Below, one piece after another: positions 51,720 to 61,720 of a stretch of 64,000 nucleotides of DNA. The stretch is taken from the NCBI GenBank assembly GCA_003446015.1, contig DMBU01000108.1:233-64232 (forward strand). Reading direction: 5' to 3'. Source of the DNA: Bacteroidales bacterium (GTDB taxonomy: Bacteria > Bacteroidota > Bacteroidia > Bacteroidales > UBA12077). Below the pieces are notes generated by a model. That model did no database searches, had not been told where the DNA came from, and worked only from the letters and a program-made list of their open reading frames with translations. The first letter of the stretch is position 1. The number at the start of each line of letters is the position of its first letter. The translations under genes and the position numbers were made by a program.

Positions 51720-52370
51720 TTATTTTTCAATTTCCTCAAATTCTTTTAAATAGGATTTCAATTTATCAAGATGTTGCTTATATAACCGTTTATTTATATA
51801 CTGAGAAAAGGGAATCATAAAAGCACTTCCTATAATCATTATTAGTATCATCTTTACAACCATTCTTGTTTCCATTGTTAGAAATAATTCTGCGAAATCT
51901 TTTTCTCCAGCAGCAACAGAAAGGCCCATTAGCATTCCAAAAGCAAACGAGAAAGGGATGATAATAAATTTAGCAAAGCTGCTCATATTAAAATTAACAT
52001 ATTTTTCAATATCGCGAATAGTTTTATCTAATGCTGGTTTTAGTTGATCTGAAGAAATTACGGTTTTTCTTATTCTATAATAATTTCTCCACGTGAAAGA
52101 AATAGTCCAGCCAAGAAATAAAATAGCAACTGGAATAAAATATATTTTATATGAAAAGTTAAGAAAAATAAACAAGCATATAATGATTCCAAGAAACATT
52201 GGAATTCCAAGAATAAGTTCAAATCTGTAACTCCTTTTTATTTTATTTAATGCAGTATTTGATTTGCTCCCTATTTTTAATCTGGTTTCAAGTTCTTCCT
52301 TATTTAGAATTTCTGTATTCTTAAAGGAATTTTTCCATGTATTTTTTATTTCGTCAAATTCCATATTCAA
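51720..52370 (-). CDS. multi-pass membrane protein, possible anti-sigma partner
   Basis: 216 aa. About 55 cytoplasmic residues followed by four predicted TM helices. Overlaps the ECF sigma gene by 17 nt. No zf-HC2 motif seen. Confidence 0.5.
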   Translation of the reverse strand: MNMEFDEIKNTWKNSFKNTEILNKEELETRLKIGSKSNTALNKIKRSYRFELILGIPMFLGIIICLFIFLNFSYKIYFIPVAILFLGWTISFTWRNYYRIRKTVISSDQLKPALDKTIRDIEKYVNFNMSSFAKFIIIPFSFAFGMLMGLSVAAGEKDFAELFLTMETRMVVKMILIMIIGSAFMIPFSQYINKRLYKQHLDKLKSYLKEFEEIEK

Positions 52371-52863
52371 GCTCCTTTAAAATCTTCTGTAATTTAGTTT
52401 TAATACGGTTAATTTTCACCCCAACATTCGAAACCGAAATACCAGATATTTCTGATATTTCTTCATAACTATAATCATCCATGTATAACATAATAATCGC
52501 TTTTTCTGCATTATTCAGCTTATTTATTGCTTTTTGAACTAACTCTATCCGGTCTTCTTTTTCTTTATATGATTCATCCTCAGGAATATGTGCAGGCAAA
52601 TCTGAAATAGAATCCTCATTAACTTTTTGATCTTTACGAAATTGAGCAATAGCTGTATTTAATGCTACCCGATACATCCAGGTCGAAAATTTTGATTGCC
52701 TATTGAATGTCGGAAATGATTGCCAAAGCTGTACCAAAATATCCTGAAAAAGATCTTGCTGACACTCTTCTTTATCGCAATACATCCTGGATACTTTATA
52801 AATTATTCCCTGATGCTTTTCGATTAAAGAAACAAATTCTTCTTTTAAGTTTAATTTCGTCAA
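52354..52863 (-). CDS. ECF-subfamily RNA polymerase sigma-70 factor
   Basis: 169 aa. Region 2 (QDLFQDILVQLWQS...FSTWMYRVALN) and region 4 (YEEISEISGISVSNVGVKINRIKTKL). Confidence 0.9.
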   Translation of the reverse strand: MTKLNLKEEFVSLIEKHQGIIYKVSRMYCDKEECQQDLFQDILVQLWQSFPTFNRQSKFSTWMYRVALNTAIAQFRKDQKVNEDSISDLPAHIPEDESYKEKEDRIELVQKAINKLNNAEKAIIMLYMDDYSYEEISEISGISVSNVGVKINRIKTKLQKILKELEYGI

Positions 52864-52943
52864 CTCTTATGAATTTTACTTTTTCTGAAAAGTTAGTTGA
52901 AAAAAGACATCAAATATTACATTAAAGATTAAAAATAATAGTC

Positions 52944-53522
52944 CTAATTATTTTGCATCCTTACTGATTTAATCTTAAGAGGCTCAATGAGCATTTGCCC
53001 GTTGGTTGACAAATTCTGTATTTTTTTTACGATTTCCATTCCCTCTATGACTTTTCCAAATGCAGCAAATCCTTGCCCATCTGGATTTCGTTTACCTCCA
53101 TAATCCAACTCTGGTTGATCGCCAATACAAATGAAAAATTCTGAGCTGGCAGAACCTGGCTCTGCTCTGGCCATTGAGATAGATCCATCTTTATGCAGTA
53201 TGCCTGTTTCATATGTTGTCTCGTGCTGAATTGGAGGGAATGGAGATTCTTCAACATCAAAGCCCAGACCTCCCTGTATAACTTCAATTTTTATTTCGTT
53301 ATCAGGTTGATTATCCAATCTTACAACACGGTAAAAATGAGCTCCTTCGAGTTTATTATTTTCGATATATTTAATAAAATTTGTGCATGTAACTGGAGCC
53401 TTATCCTGATAAAGCTCAGCAATGATTGACCCTAATTCTGTGTTTATTTCAATTTTAATATTTTGACCAAATCCCTTGATCATGGGAAATAATAAAATAA
53501 TTGAAAGCAGGATTTTTCTCAT
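52944..53522 (-). CDS. cyclophilin-type peptidyl-prolyl isomerase (secreted)
   Basis: 192 aa. Signal peptide, HFYRVV, SMARAEPGSASSEFFI and AFGKVIEGMEIV. Confidence 0.9.
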   Translation of the reverse strand: MRKILLSIILLFPMIKGFGQNIKIEINTELGSIIAELYQDKAPVTCTNFIKYIENNKLEGAHFYRVVRLDNQPDNEIKIEVIQGGLGFDVEESPFPPIQHETTYETGILHKDGSISMARAEPGSASSEFFICIGDQPELDYGGKRNPDGQGFAAFGKVIEGMEIVKKIQNLSTNGQMLIEPLKIKSVRMQNN

Positions 53523-53609
53523 TTTAAATAATTTTTGATTTATACAGAATAAAAGTAAAAGTATTAATAAAATTCAATTTCTCTATCTTTGTAATTCAAA
53601 TTAAAACAG

Positions 53610-56600
53610 ATGCAACTAAAGGATCAGCACTATATAAAAATTGAAAAAGCCGGAGAGCATAACCTTAAAAATATAAGCTTACAAATTCCTCATCACCAGA
53701 TTACCTGTTTTACCGGAGTTTCCGGTTCTGGCAAATCTTCCCTGGTTTATGATATTATTTGTAAAGAAAGTCAGCGCCGGTATTTTGAGTCTTTTTCTTC
53801 GTATGCCCGGCAATTTTTAGGTAAAATGAATCATCCCGAAGTGGAGCATATTGAGGGTTTAATGCCGGCCATTTCGGTTGATCAAAAAACAGTGAATAAA
53901 AGTCCCCGCTCTACGGTTGGAACAATGAGTGAATTGTATGACTATCTGAGATTGCTATTTGCACGAACAGGTGAAAAATCAAATCAGTTCAATGATTTAA
54001 AACTTTCACGAAGCCTGTTTTCTTTTAATAATCCTGATGGATCATGCCCCAAATGTAAAGGATTAGGTGTTGAAGATCAGATTGATCCTGAACTTTTAAT
54101 CAAAGATCCAAAAAAAAGTTTGAGGCAGGGAGCATTAAAAATTACCACTCCATCGGGTTATACAATTTATTCGCAGGTTACCATTGATGTAATGAATCAG
54201 GTTTGTGAATCGGAAGGATTTCATGTTGATATTCCTTGGGAAGATTTAACCGCCAAGCAAAAAAATATCATCTTAAACGGAAGCAATAAAATAAAAATTC
54301 CGTTTGGAAAACACACGCTCGAATCAAGAATGAAATGGAGCGGAATAACTGCAAAACCGCGCGAAGAAGGATTTTACAAAGGCATTTTACCTATCATGGA
54401 AAACATTCTCAGGGTTGATCGCAATCCGAATATTCTTCGCTTTGCAAAAACAGTGAAATGCAGCTTATGTAATGGACAAAGACTAAACAAAAAAGCGCTA
54501 TCGGTAAAATTAAATAATAAAAGCATTGCTGATTTTTCAGAATTATCGATTGGTAATCTTACAGAATCACTTAGAAACATTTCTTTCCCGAAAAATCAAG
54601 CTCCAATAGCACAAGTTATAATTGAAAAAATTGCTGAGCGATGCGAAATAATGCAAAAACTGGGTTTAGGATATTTGCAACTTTCAAGAGAATCTACAAC
54701 GCTTTCAGGAGGCGAAGCCCAAAGAATAAGGCTGGCAACTCAAATTGGGAATGGTTTACGGGGAATCTTATATATTCTTGATGAACCATCTGCAGGACTT
54801 CATCCGGCCGACAATGCTAAAATGATTGGTGTAATGAAAGCTTTACGCGATCAGGGAAATACAGTACTTGTTGTTGAACATGATGCTGATACCATGTTAA
54901 ATTCTGATCAGATTATTGATATAGGTCCTTATGCCGGAAAAAACGGAGGAAAAATTCTGTTTAATGAAAAAACTGAAAATCTGAATTCAGTTTCCTGTAA
55001 AGAGAGTGAAACTTTAAAATATTTAACAAAAATAGAACCAGAACCACCGAATAAGAAAGACTTACAAAATAAATGGTTAGGTATTTCAGGAGCAAGTTTA
55101 CATAATTTAAAAAATATTGATGCTAACTTTCGTTTACATGCATTAAATGTTGTAACAGGAGTTTCCGGTGCCGGAAAATCAAGCCTGATATTTGATGTCT
55201 TAGGAAAATATTATGAACAAATACTTTCGGGTAACCCTTCCCAAAATAATAACTTTAAAGAAATATATTCCGATAGTAAAATCCACAAGCTTATAGAAAT
55301 AGACCAATCTCCAATTGGCCGAACGCCAAGAAGCAATCCGGCAACATATACAAAGCTTTTTGATTTAATAAGAAATCTGTTTGCAAATCAGGAAGAATCT
55401 AAAAAGCAAAAATGGAATCAGGGTCATTTTTCTTTTAACACAAAAGGAGGTCGTTGTGAAACCTGCGAGGGTGCTGGTTATATTCAAACCGGAATGCATT
55501 TTTTAAGTAATGTGGAAACCATTTGTGAAGCCTGCGATGGAAAAAGATACGATACCGAAACTCTTCAAGTTAAATACCGGGGGAAAAATATATCAGAAGT
55601 ACTGGAGATGGAGATTTCAGATGCTCTTGGTTTTTTTCAGGATGAACCACAAATAAACCATTATCTTTCAACATTACAAAAGCTGGGCCTTGGTTATTTA
55701 TCTCTGGGTCAATCGGCAACAACGCTTTCCGGCGGCGAAGCTCAAAGGTTAAAGCTTGCGTCAGAGCTGGTAAAACCAACTAAGCCTCACACACTTTATC
55801 TTTTCGATGAACCTACAACAGGGCTGCATTCATACGATATTTCAATTTTAATTGATGCTTTACACGATCTTACTAAAAATAATCATACAATAATTGTTAT
55901 TGAGCACGAAGCTCAGATTATTAAAAACGCTGATCACGTTGTTGATTTGGGTCCTGAAGGAGGAGACAAAGGTGGAGAACTTATTTTTTCGGGATCTTAT
56001 AAAGAACTTCTCCATTGTAAAAATTCTCTTACAGCCAATGCTTTAACCACAGAGAAATCATTTCAGTTTGAAGAAGATAAAAATCTTCAGGAAATAATAC
56101 ATGCACCTATTATTTTAAATGGTATAAATACTCATAATTTAAAAAATATTAGTGTTGAAATTCCACGAAACAAATTAACTGTGCTTACGGGTGTTAGCGG
56201 TAGCGGGAAATCTTCCTTAGCTTTTGATACTTTATTTGCAGAAGGCCAGTTTCGGTTTACAGAAAGTTTTTCGACCTATACCCGAAGTTTAATTCAGCAA
56301 AAATCCAGACCTGATATTTTAGAATGTAAAGGATTAACACCAACCATTGCCATTGATAATAAATCAATTACAAAAAATCCGGGAGCAACCGTAGGGACAA
56401 TTTCAGGATTATACGATTTATACAGATTAATTTTTTCAAGGATATCTAAGGATCAGGAAGGGAAAACCTGTACTGTTCTGTCAAATCATTTTTCGTTTAA
56501 TCATCAGGCCGGAGCTTGTCCTGTATGCAATGGTTTAGGTTTTCAGCTCACCTGCGATTCCAATAAGTTAATCACAAATCCTGAACTTGCATTAAATAAT

Positions 56601-58469
56601 GGTGCCATGAAAGGATCAAAACCCGGACAATTTTATGGCGATCCGTTCGGACAGTACATGGCAATTCTCGCTGAAGCCGGAAAGTCTCAAAATATAAATT
56701 TCGATCTCTCATGGAACGAGCTAAGTGATAAAGCAAAAGAAGTTGCTCTTTTGGGAACAGGAGAAACCGAATATCAGGTTAACTGGAACTACAAACGTAA
56801 AAAAAGAGAAGGAACACATCAGTTTAATAGCAAGTGGCCCGGACTCATTTATTATATTAATGATGAGTATTTTAGAAAACATGATAAACAGGGAGGCGAA
56901 TCACTTACGGTATTAATGAAAGAAGTTCAGTGTTCTGCATGCCATGGAGCCCGCCTGAATGAGGACGTATTAAAATATAAAATTGCAGATAAAAATATTG
57001 CTGAGTTATCATCACTCGAGGCAAAAGAATCTATTCTGTTTTTCGAAAACTTAAAAAACAGCTTATCGCAAAAAGACTATACTATTGCATCAGAAATTCT
57101 GAAATCGTGCATGTTCAAACTAAATGCACTGATCAATATCGGGTTAGGCTATTTAAGTGCAAACAGAAGCACAATGACTCTTTCAGGTGGCGAAGGTCGC
57201 AGATTAAGACTTATTTCGCATTTAGGTGGCGAATTAATTGGAATAACTTATGTTCTGGATGAGCCAACCGTTGGATTGCATTCGAAAGACACAAAAAATC
57301 TTATTGAACTAATTAAAAAACTTTCTGAGAAAAATACGGTTGTTGTAGTTGAACACGATGAAGAACTCATAAAATCGGCAGATCACATTATAGAGTTAGG
57401 TCCCGGAGCCGGAATTGAAGGCGGAAATATTGTTGCTCAGGGTGAAATAAATGATTTTATTAAGAATAAAAATTCGCTTACTTCAACCTATTTACAAAAC
57501 GACTACCACTTAAATTTTCCAAAGAATAAGCTTCAGTTACAATTCGGGGTTGAGATAAATTCGGCCACAGCAAACAATTTAAAAAATATTAATCTGAATC
57601 TACCTTTAAATGGTATTACCGTTTTTTCAGGGGTTTCAGGAAGCGGAAAATCGAGTCTCCTTTTTAATGTAATAGCAGAATCGGCTGCTGCAAAACGTGC
57701 TGTAAATTGTGAAAAAATTAATGGATTAGAAAATTTCAGTTCCATCGTAAGAATGGATCAGTCAGCCATTGGTAAAAATCCAATGAGTACTCCACTTACT
57801 TTTCTTCATTTATTTGATCAAGTTAGAGATTTATTCGCAAACACAGATTTAGCACTAAAAAAGAAATTTAAAAAATCTGATTTCTCATATAACACTAAAG
57901 GCGGGAGATGCGAAACCTGCAAAGGACAGGGACAACTTAAAGTTTCGATGGATTTCCTTTCGGATGTTTGGGTTAGCTGTTCTGTTTGCAACGGAAAGAG
58001 ATTTACAGACGAGGTACTTGGTATAAAATGGAATAAAAAATCTATATCAGAGATTTTAGAACTAACCGTAAAAGAAGCTTCAGTGACTTTCAGAACAGAA
58101 GAAAAATTACATTTTGCTTTCGAATTACTTTCTGATTTAGGATTAGGACATTTAAAATTAGGTCAATCGGCAACTACTCTTTCGGGTGGAGAAGCTCAGC
58201 GAATAAAACTAGCAAAAGAATTGCTCAAAAGAACAACAGACATCCGCATGCAGGCAAAGCAGAAATGTTTGTATTTGCTCGATGAACCAACAACCGGTTT
58301 ACACTTTTATGATATTGAAAAACTGCTAATAGTGCTTTCGGAACTAAGAGATAAAGGTCATGCTTTATATATTATTGAACATCATCCGTGGCTACTGAGA
58401 TTTGCTGATTATGTAGTAGAATTAGGACCTGAAGGTGGTGATAAGGGAGGATATTTGCAAAAATCCTGA
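53610..58469 (+). CDS. tandem-duplicated UvrA-like ABC ATPase (two class-II-like UvrA units fused; four nucleotide-binding domains)
   Basis: 1619 aa. Walker A motifs at nt 53715, 55158, 56190 and 57630. LSGGE signatures at nt 54703, 55725, 57180 and 58179. UvrA zinc modules are present in each half. A TATCTTTG -7-like box lies at 53584-53591. Confidence 0.9.
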   Translation: MQLKDQHYIKIEKAGEHNLKNISLQIPHHQITCFTGVSGSGKSSLVYDIICKESQRRYFESFSSYARQFLGKMNHPEVEHIEGLMPAISVDQKTVNKSPRSTVGTMSELYDYLRLLFARTGEKSNQFNDLKLSRSLFSFNNPDGSCPKCKGLGVEDQIDPELLIKDPKKSLRQGALKITTPSGYTIYSQVTIDVMNQVCESEGFHVDIPWEDLTAKQKNIILNGSNKIKIPFGKHTLESRMKWSGITAKPREEGFYKGILPIMENILRVDRNPNILRFAKTVKCSLCNGQRLNKKALSVKLNNKSIADFSELSIGNLTESLRNISFPKNQAPIAQVIIEKIAERCEIMQKLGLGYLQLSRESTTLSGGEAQRIRLATQIGNGLRGILYILDEPSAGLHPADNAKMIGVMKALRDQGNTVLVVEHDADTMLNSDQIIDIGPYAGKNGGKILFNEKTENLNSVSCKESETLKYLTKIEPEPPNKKDLQNKWLGISGASLHNLKNIDANFRLHALNVVTGVSGAGKSSLIFDVLGKYYEQILSGNPSQNNNFKEIYSDSKIHKLIEIDQSPIGRTPRSNPATYTKLFDLIRNLFANQEESKKQKWNQGHFSFNTKGGRCETCEGAGYIQTGMHFLSNVETICEACDGKRYDTETLQVKYRGKNISEVLEMEISDALGFFQDEPQINHYLSTLQKLGLGYLSLGQSATTLSGGEAQRLKLASELVKPTKPHTLYLFDEPTTGLHSYDISILIDALHDLTKNNHTIIVIEHEAQIIKNADHVVDLGPEGGDKGGELIFSGSYKELLHCKNSLTANALTTEKSFQFEEDKNLQEIIHAPIILNGINTHNLKNISVEIPRNKLTVLTGVSGSGKSSLAFDTLFAEGQFRFTESFSTYTRSLIQQKSRPDILECKGLTPTIAIDNKSITKNPGATVGTISGLYDLYRLIFSRISKDQEGKTCTVLSNHFSFNHQAGACPVCNGLGFQLTCDSNKLITNPELALNNGAMKGSKPGQFYGDPFGQYMAILAEAGKSQNINFDLSWNELSDKAKEVALLGTGETEYQVNWNYKRKKREGTHQFNSKWPGLIYYINDEYFRKHDKQGGESLTVLMKEVQCSACHGARLNEDVLKYKIADKNIAELSSLEAKESILFFENLKNSLSQKDYTIASEILKSCMFKLNALINIGLGYLSANRSTMTLSGGEGRRLRLISHLGGELIGITYVLDEPTVGLHSKDTKNLIELIKKLSEKNTVVVVEHDEELIKSADHIIELGPGAGIEGGNIVAQGEINDFIKNKNSLTSTYLQNDYHLNFPKNKLQLQFGVEINSATANNLKNINLNLPLNGITVFSGVSGSGKSSLLFNVIAESAAAKRAVNCEKINGLENFSSIVRMDQSAIGKNPMSTPLTFLHLFDQVRDLFANTDLALKKKFKKSDFSYNTKGGRCETCKGQGQLKVSMDFLSDVWVSCSVCNGKRFTDEVLGIKWNKKSISEILELTVKEASVTFRTEEKLHFAFELLSDLGLGHLKLGQSATTLSGGEAQRIKLAKELLKRTTDIRMQAKQKCLYLLDEPTTGLHFYDIEKLLIVLSELRDKGHALYIIEHHPWLLRFADYVVELGPEGGDKGGYLQKS

Positions 58470-58543
58470 GAATTTAAATAAAATGATAAATAAAGCATAA
58501 TTATTTTTTCTCGCAAAGCCGCAGAGTCGCAAAGAAAAAGAAC

Positions 58544-58918
58544 CTAAGTCTGTCCTTTTTCTTTAAAATAGGTTCTGATTAATACTTTTTTGAGCTCCCT
58601 TTCAAGAATTTTGTGAGTTACAATTTCGGGAATAGTTTCAAACTGATAATCCGGATCGTTTTTGGAGAGTTCTTTTTCGCTTAAATCAATCTGATAAAGC
58701 AATGCCATTAACTTTTCGGAATCGGTACTTAGTAATTTATCAATATAAACCTTCAATTGATTAAATAACTCTTCGTATGCAAAAACGACATTCCCCGAAA
58801 ATTCAACATCCATTCCAAACATAGCAAAGTCTTTACGAACCTGCTCTGCCGTTAACAAAACAAATTTTTCTTCCTTTTTTGATCGTTCAAGCTGACTTTT
58901 GCTAATTAGCTGACCCAT
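58544..58918 (-). CDS. hypothetical cytoplasmic protein
   Basis: 124 aa with no recognisable motifs. Overlaps the upstream DUF4837-like gene by 17 nt, so the start is uncertain. Confidence 0.5.
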   Translation of the reverse strand: MGQLISKSQLERSKKEEKFVLLTAEQVRKDFAMFGMDVEFSGNVVFAYEELFNQLKVYIDKLLSTDSEKLMALLYQIDLSEKELSKNDPDYQFETIPEIVTHKILERELKKVLIRTYFKEKGQT

Positions 58919-59903
58919 TAACAGGCATTTGTACTGAATTTAATATGGCCTCAACCTGACGCAAATAATCTCTTTTATCAAACTGAGGAGCATAAATAAA
59001 TCCATCTATATTGATCACTTTATTTTGTTTTTCATCAATCATTGCGAAGCTTATAAACGGACCTCCCATAAAATCGTTTTCAACTTTCCATAAATTACGC
59101 AACTCAATTACATCAATATTATTTATTTTAATTTCTCGTCTAAACGGTGTTGATTCAGTTTCTACAGCCATATATGAACCTTCGTTAGGTCCGGGAACAA
59201 ATCTTTTTGTAAACTGAGTTCTTTTTGCAAACAAATAATCTGTTGTTAACTCAACTTCAGGTTTATCGTATGAATAAATTAAAATGCCCTGCACCAGATC
59301 TCCCCGGCCTCGGTTTTCCATCCATATAAAATCAGTAGTATCAACATCAATTGTATATCCTCGTGGCACAGTTAATCTAATTCCAAACTTATTTTCAATT
59401 CTATCGGCAATACCAATTTGTTGGTATTTTTTGTAATTCGTTGCATATCGTTCCATTTCCTTTTTAAAAATCCGATCAACAATCAAATCTCCTTTTTCGA
59501 GAATAATAGCTTCGAGACTACTTTCATCCGGAGCTATTACATTAACAACGATTTGTGGATTTGCCCATACATCATCCTGAACTAATATTTTAGCTTCGTG
59601 CAAATTTTTATCAATTTTTGCAAAAACAACGTTTCTGTGTGTTTTAAAGATATTTGAAAAAGCACTAAACGGAATATGAATCAGGTCGAACATTGGTTCT
59701 TGCTGAGGTAATGCAGGATACTCCTGACTTAATTGCTTTTTAAATGCCATTCCTACATTTGAATCCCATTGATCAGCTTCAATAACTAAAACAACTTCGC
59801 CCGATTTCCCTGTAACGTTGGGCAATAAAGCTGATTTATTTTTGTCTTTACATGACGATAACAAAATAGCAAATGCAATAATTGTAAGGCTAAGTTTTCT
59901 CAT
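58902..59903 (-). CDS. lipoprotein, DUF4837-like
   Basis: 333 aa. Lipobox LLSSC. YPALPQQEPMFDLIHIP pattern (family recalled from memory). Confidence 0.5.
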   Translation of the reverse strand: MRKLSLTIIAFAILLSSCKDKNKSALLPNVTGKSGEVVLVIEADQWDSNVGMAFKKQLSQEYPALPQQEPMFDLIHIPFSAFSNIFKTHRNVVFAKIDKNLHEAKILVQDDVWANPQIVVNVIAPDESSLEAIILEKGDLIVDRIFKKEMERYATNYKKYQQIGIADRIENKFGIRLTVPRGYTIDVDTTDFIWMENRGRGDLVQGILIYSYDKPEVELTTDYLFAKRTQFTKRFVPGPNEGSYMAVETESTPFRREIKINNIDVIELRNLWKVENDFMGGPFISFAMIDEKQNKVINIDGFIYAPQFDKRDYLRQVEAILNSVQMPVNGSAN

Positions 59904-59914
59904 AATAAATTGGA

Positions 59915-61315
59915 TTACTTATTTAAATATATCTTTAACTTTTTCCCGGGTTTTAAATCATTTTCATTGGAGATATCGTTTTCTTCCTTTAATTCGGAAA
60001 TTGACCTGCAATTAAATTTCTCTGCAATACTCCACACTGTATCACCATTTTGAACAGTATAATAAATAAAACGATCTGTTGAATCTCTTTGTTGTTTGGG
60101 TCGGGTTCTTTCTTCTTCAATTGCTCGAGCCACCTGAGGATCAACCCACACATCGAGCTTTTGGCCTACATTTAAATCATTTGTTGGCAAGCTGTTCCAG
60201 ATTCTTATATCGTCGATGGTACAATTATATTTAATGGCAATTTTATGAAAATATTCCCCTTTAGCGACTTCGTGTGTAATTTTTATTTTTCCATTTGTTC
60301 CTCCTGCTTCCGACACTACTTCATTGAAATCTTTTTTAGCTACAGACTCATCATAAATGGCATCTTCATTTCGAATAAATATTCGAATTTTATCTTCTGG
60401 TAATATTAGCGTTGCCGGATATTTCATTTTTGGAATGTAATCCAACTTATACGATGGATTTAAAAACTGCAAAGTTTCAATGGGTATTTTAGTTACTTCT
60501 GAAATTCGTTTAAATGTACTTGCCTTATTTATTTTAACCGTATCGACATTAATATGAATAAATTCTGATGGAACCGGATCAATATTGTGATCTTCGTAAT
60601 GAGTCATTACATAATTCACAGCAATAAAAGCAGGAACGTAGCCATTTGTTTGTGCTGGCAGGTAAGGTTGAATTTCCCAAAAATCGGTTTTACCTCCCGA
60701 TCGTTCAATTGCATTTCTTACAACTCCGGGACCTCCATTATATGCAGCTAATGCTAATTGCCAGTCGTTATAAATTCTGTATAAATATTGCAAATAACTA
60801 CAAGCCGCTTCGGTCGATTTATAAGGATCACAACGTTCATCGACATATGAGTTTACCTCTAAATCGAACATTTTACTTGTGTTGATTTTGAATTGCCATA
60901 ATCCTACTGCTGCCGATGAAGATATAGCTCTCGGATCAAGTGCCGATTCAACTATAGCTAAATATTTTAATTCAAGAGGCAACTGATATTTATCGAGCAT
61001 TTCTTCGAAAATAGGAAAATATAACTCAGCTAATCCGATAATTTTAGCTAAATGCTCACGGCGTTCAATAGTGTATACATCAATGTATCTTCGTACCCGA
61101 TCGTTATATTCTAATTCGATGGGCGTTAAATTGTTGAGTTCTGCAATTTTGTACTCATATACTAAGTCGGGATAGATTGGAATAGAATCTTTTTTCTTCT
61201 TATTATCAACCGGATTTTCCTCATTTCTTAAGCTCATATCAGCAGCATTTGTTACAATCCCCCTACCTAAAAGAACTATTGTCAAAAAAATCGCTACACA
61301 AAAATTTTTATACAT
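59915..61315 (-). CDS. lytic transglycosylase (SLT domain) with two C-terminal LysM domains (MltD-like)
   Basis: 466 aa. ESALDPRAISSSAAVGLWQF, AYNGGPG, and two LysM repeats (HEVAKGEYFHKIAIKY..., YTVQNGDTVWSIAEKF...). Confidence 0.88.
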   Translation of the reverse strand: MYKNFCVAIFLTIVLLGRGIVTNAADMSLRNEENPVDNKKKKDSIPIYPDLVYEYKIAELNNLTPIELEYNDRVRRYIDVYTIERREHLAKIIGLAELYFPIFEEMLDKYQLPLELKYLAIVESALDPRAISSSAAVGLWQFKINTSKMFDLEVNSYVDERCDPYKSTEAACSYLQYLYRIYNDWQLALAAYNGGPGVVRNAIERSGGKTDFWEIQPYLPAQTNGYVPAFIAVNYVMTHYEDHNIDPVPSEFIHINVDTVKINKASTFKRISEVTKIPIETLQFLNPSYKLDYIPKMKYPATLILPEDKIRIFIRNEDAIYDESVAKKDFNEVVSEAGGTNGKIKITHEVAKGEYFHKIAIKYNCTIDDIRIWNSLPTNDLNVGQKLDVWVDPQVARAIEEERTRPKQQRDSTDRFIYYTVQNGDTVWSIAEKFNCRSISELKEENDISNENDLKPGKKLKIYLNK

Positions 61316-61433
61316 AAACCTAATCGATTTTCACCCTTTTTATTTATATCAGCGTAAAAATAATATTTATCTAAAACTTATGCATTAAATAACCTGAAAA
61401 AGCAATAAGCAATTTATGAACATTCGGCTTTAT

Positions 61434-61471
61434 AAATAAAAAGCCTGCTCAACTATTAGATTAAGCAGGCT
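61434..61471 (-). terminator. intrinsic terminator after tatA
   Basis: Minus strand reads AGCCTGCT-N14-AGCAGGCT followed by TTTTTATTT. Confidence 0.7.
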
Positions 61472-61493
61472 ATAGTAATAAAATTAAAAGTTT

Positions 61494-61679
61494 TTATTTT
61501 TCAGTATTGTCTCTATCATTATCCTCTTTGCTTGCATCCTTAAATTCCTTCATGCCTTTACCCAAACCTCTCATTAACTCAGGAATTTTCTTGCCTCCAA
61601 AAATTAACAATATTACCAGAACAATAAGAATAATTTCCCATCCACCTGGCATTCCTAGTAAAATAAATAATGCTTGCAT
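61494..61679 (-). CDS. tatA: twin-arginine translocase subunit TatA/E
   Basis: 61 aa. TM helix followed by [21 protein letters not shown]. Confidence 0.92.
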   Translation of the reverse strand: MQALFILLGMPGGWEIILIVLVILLIFGGKKIPELMRGLGKGMKEFKDASKEDNDRDNTEK

Positions 61680-61720
61680 AACTTAAAGTTTATTTGTTTA
61701 TACAAATGTAAGATTTTTTA

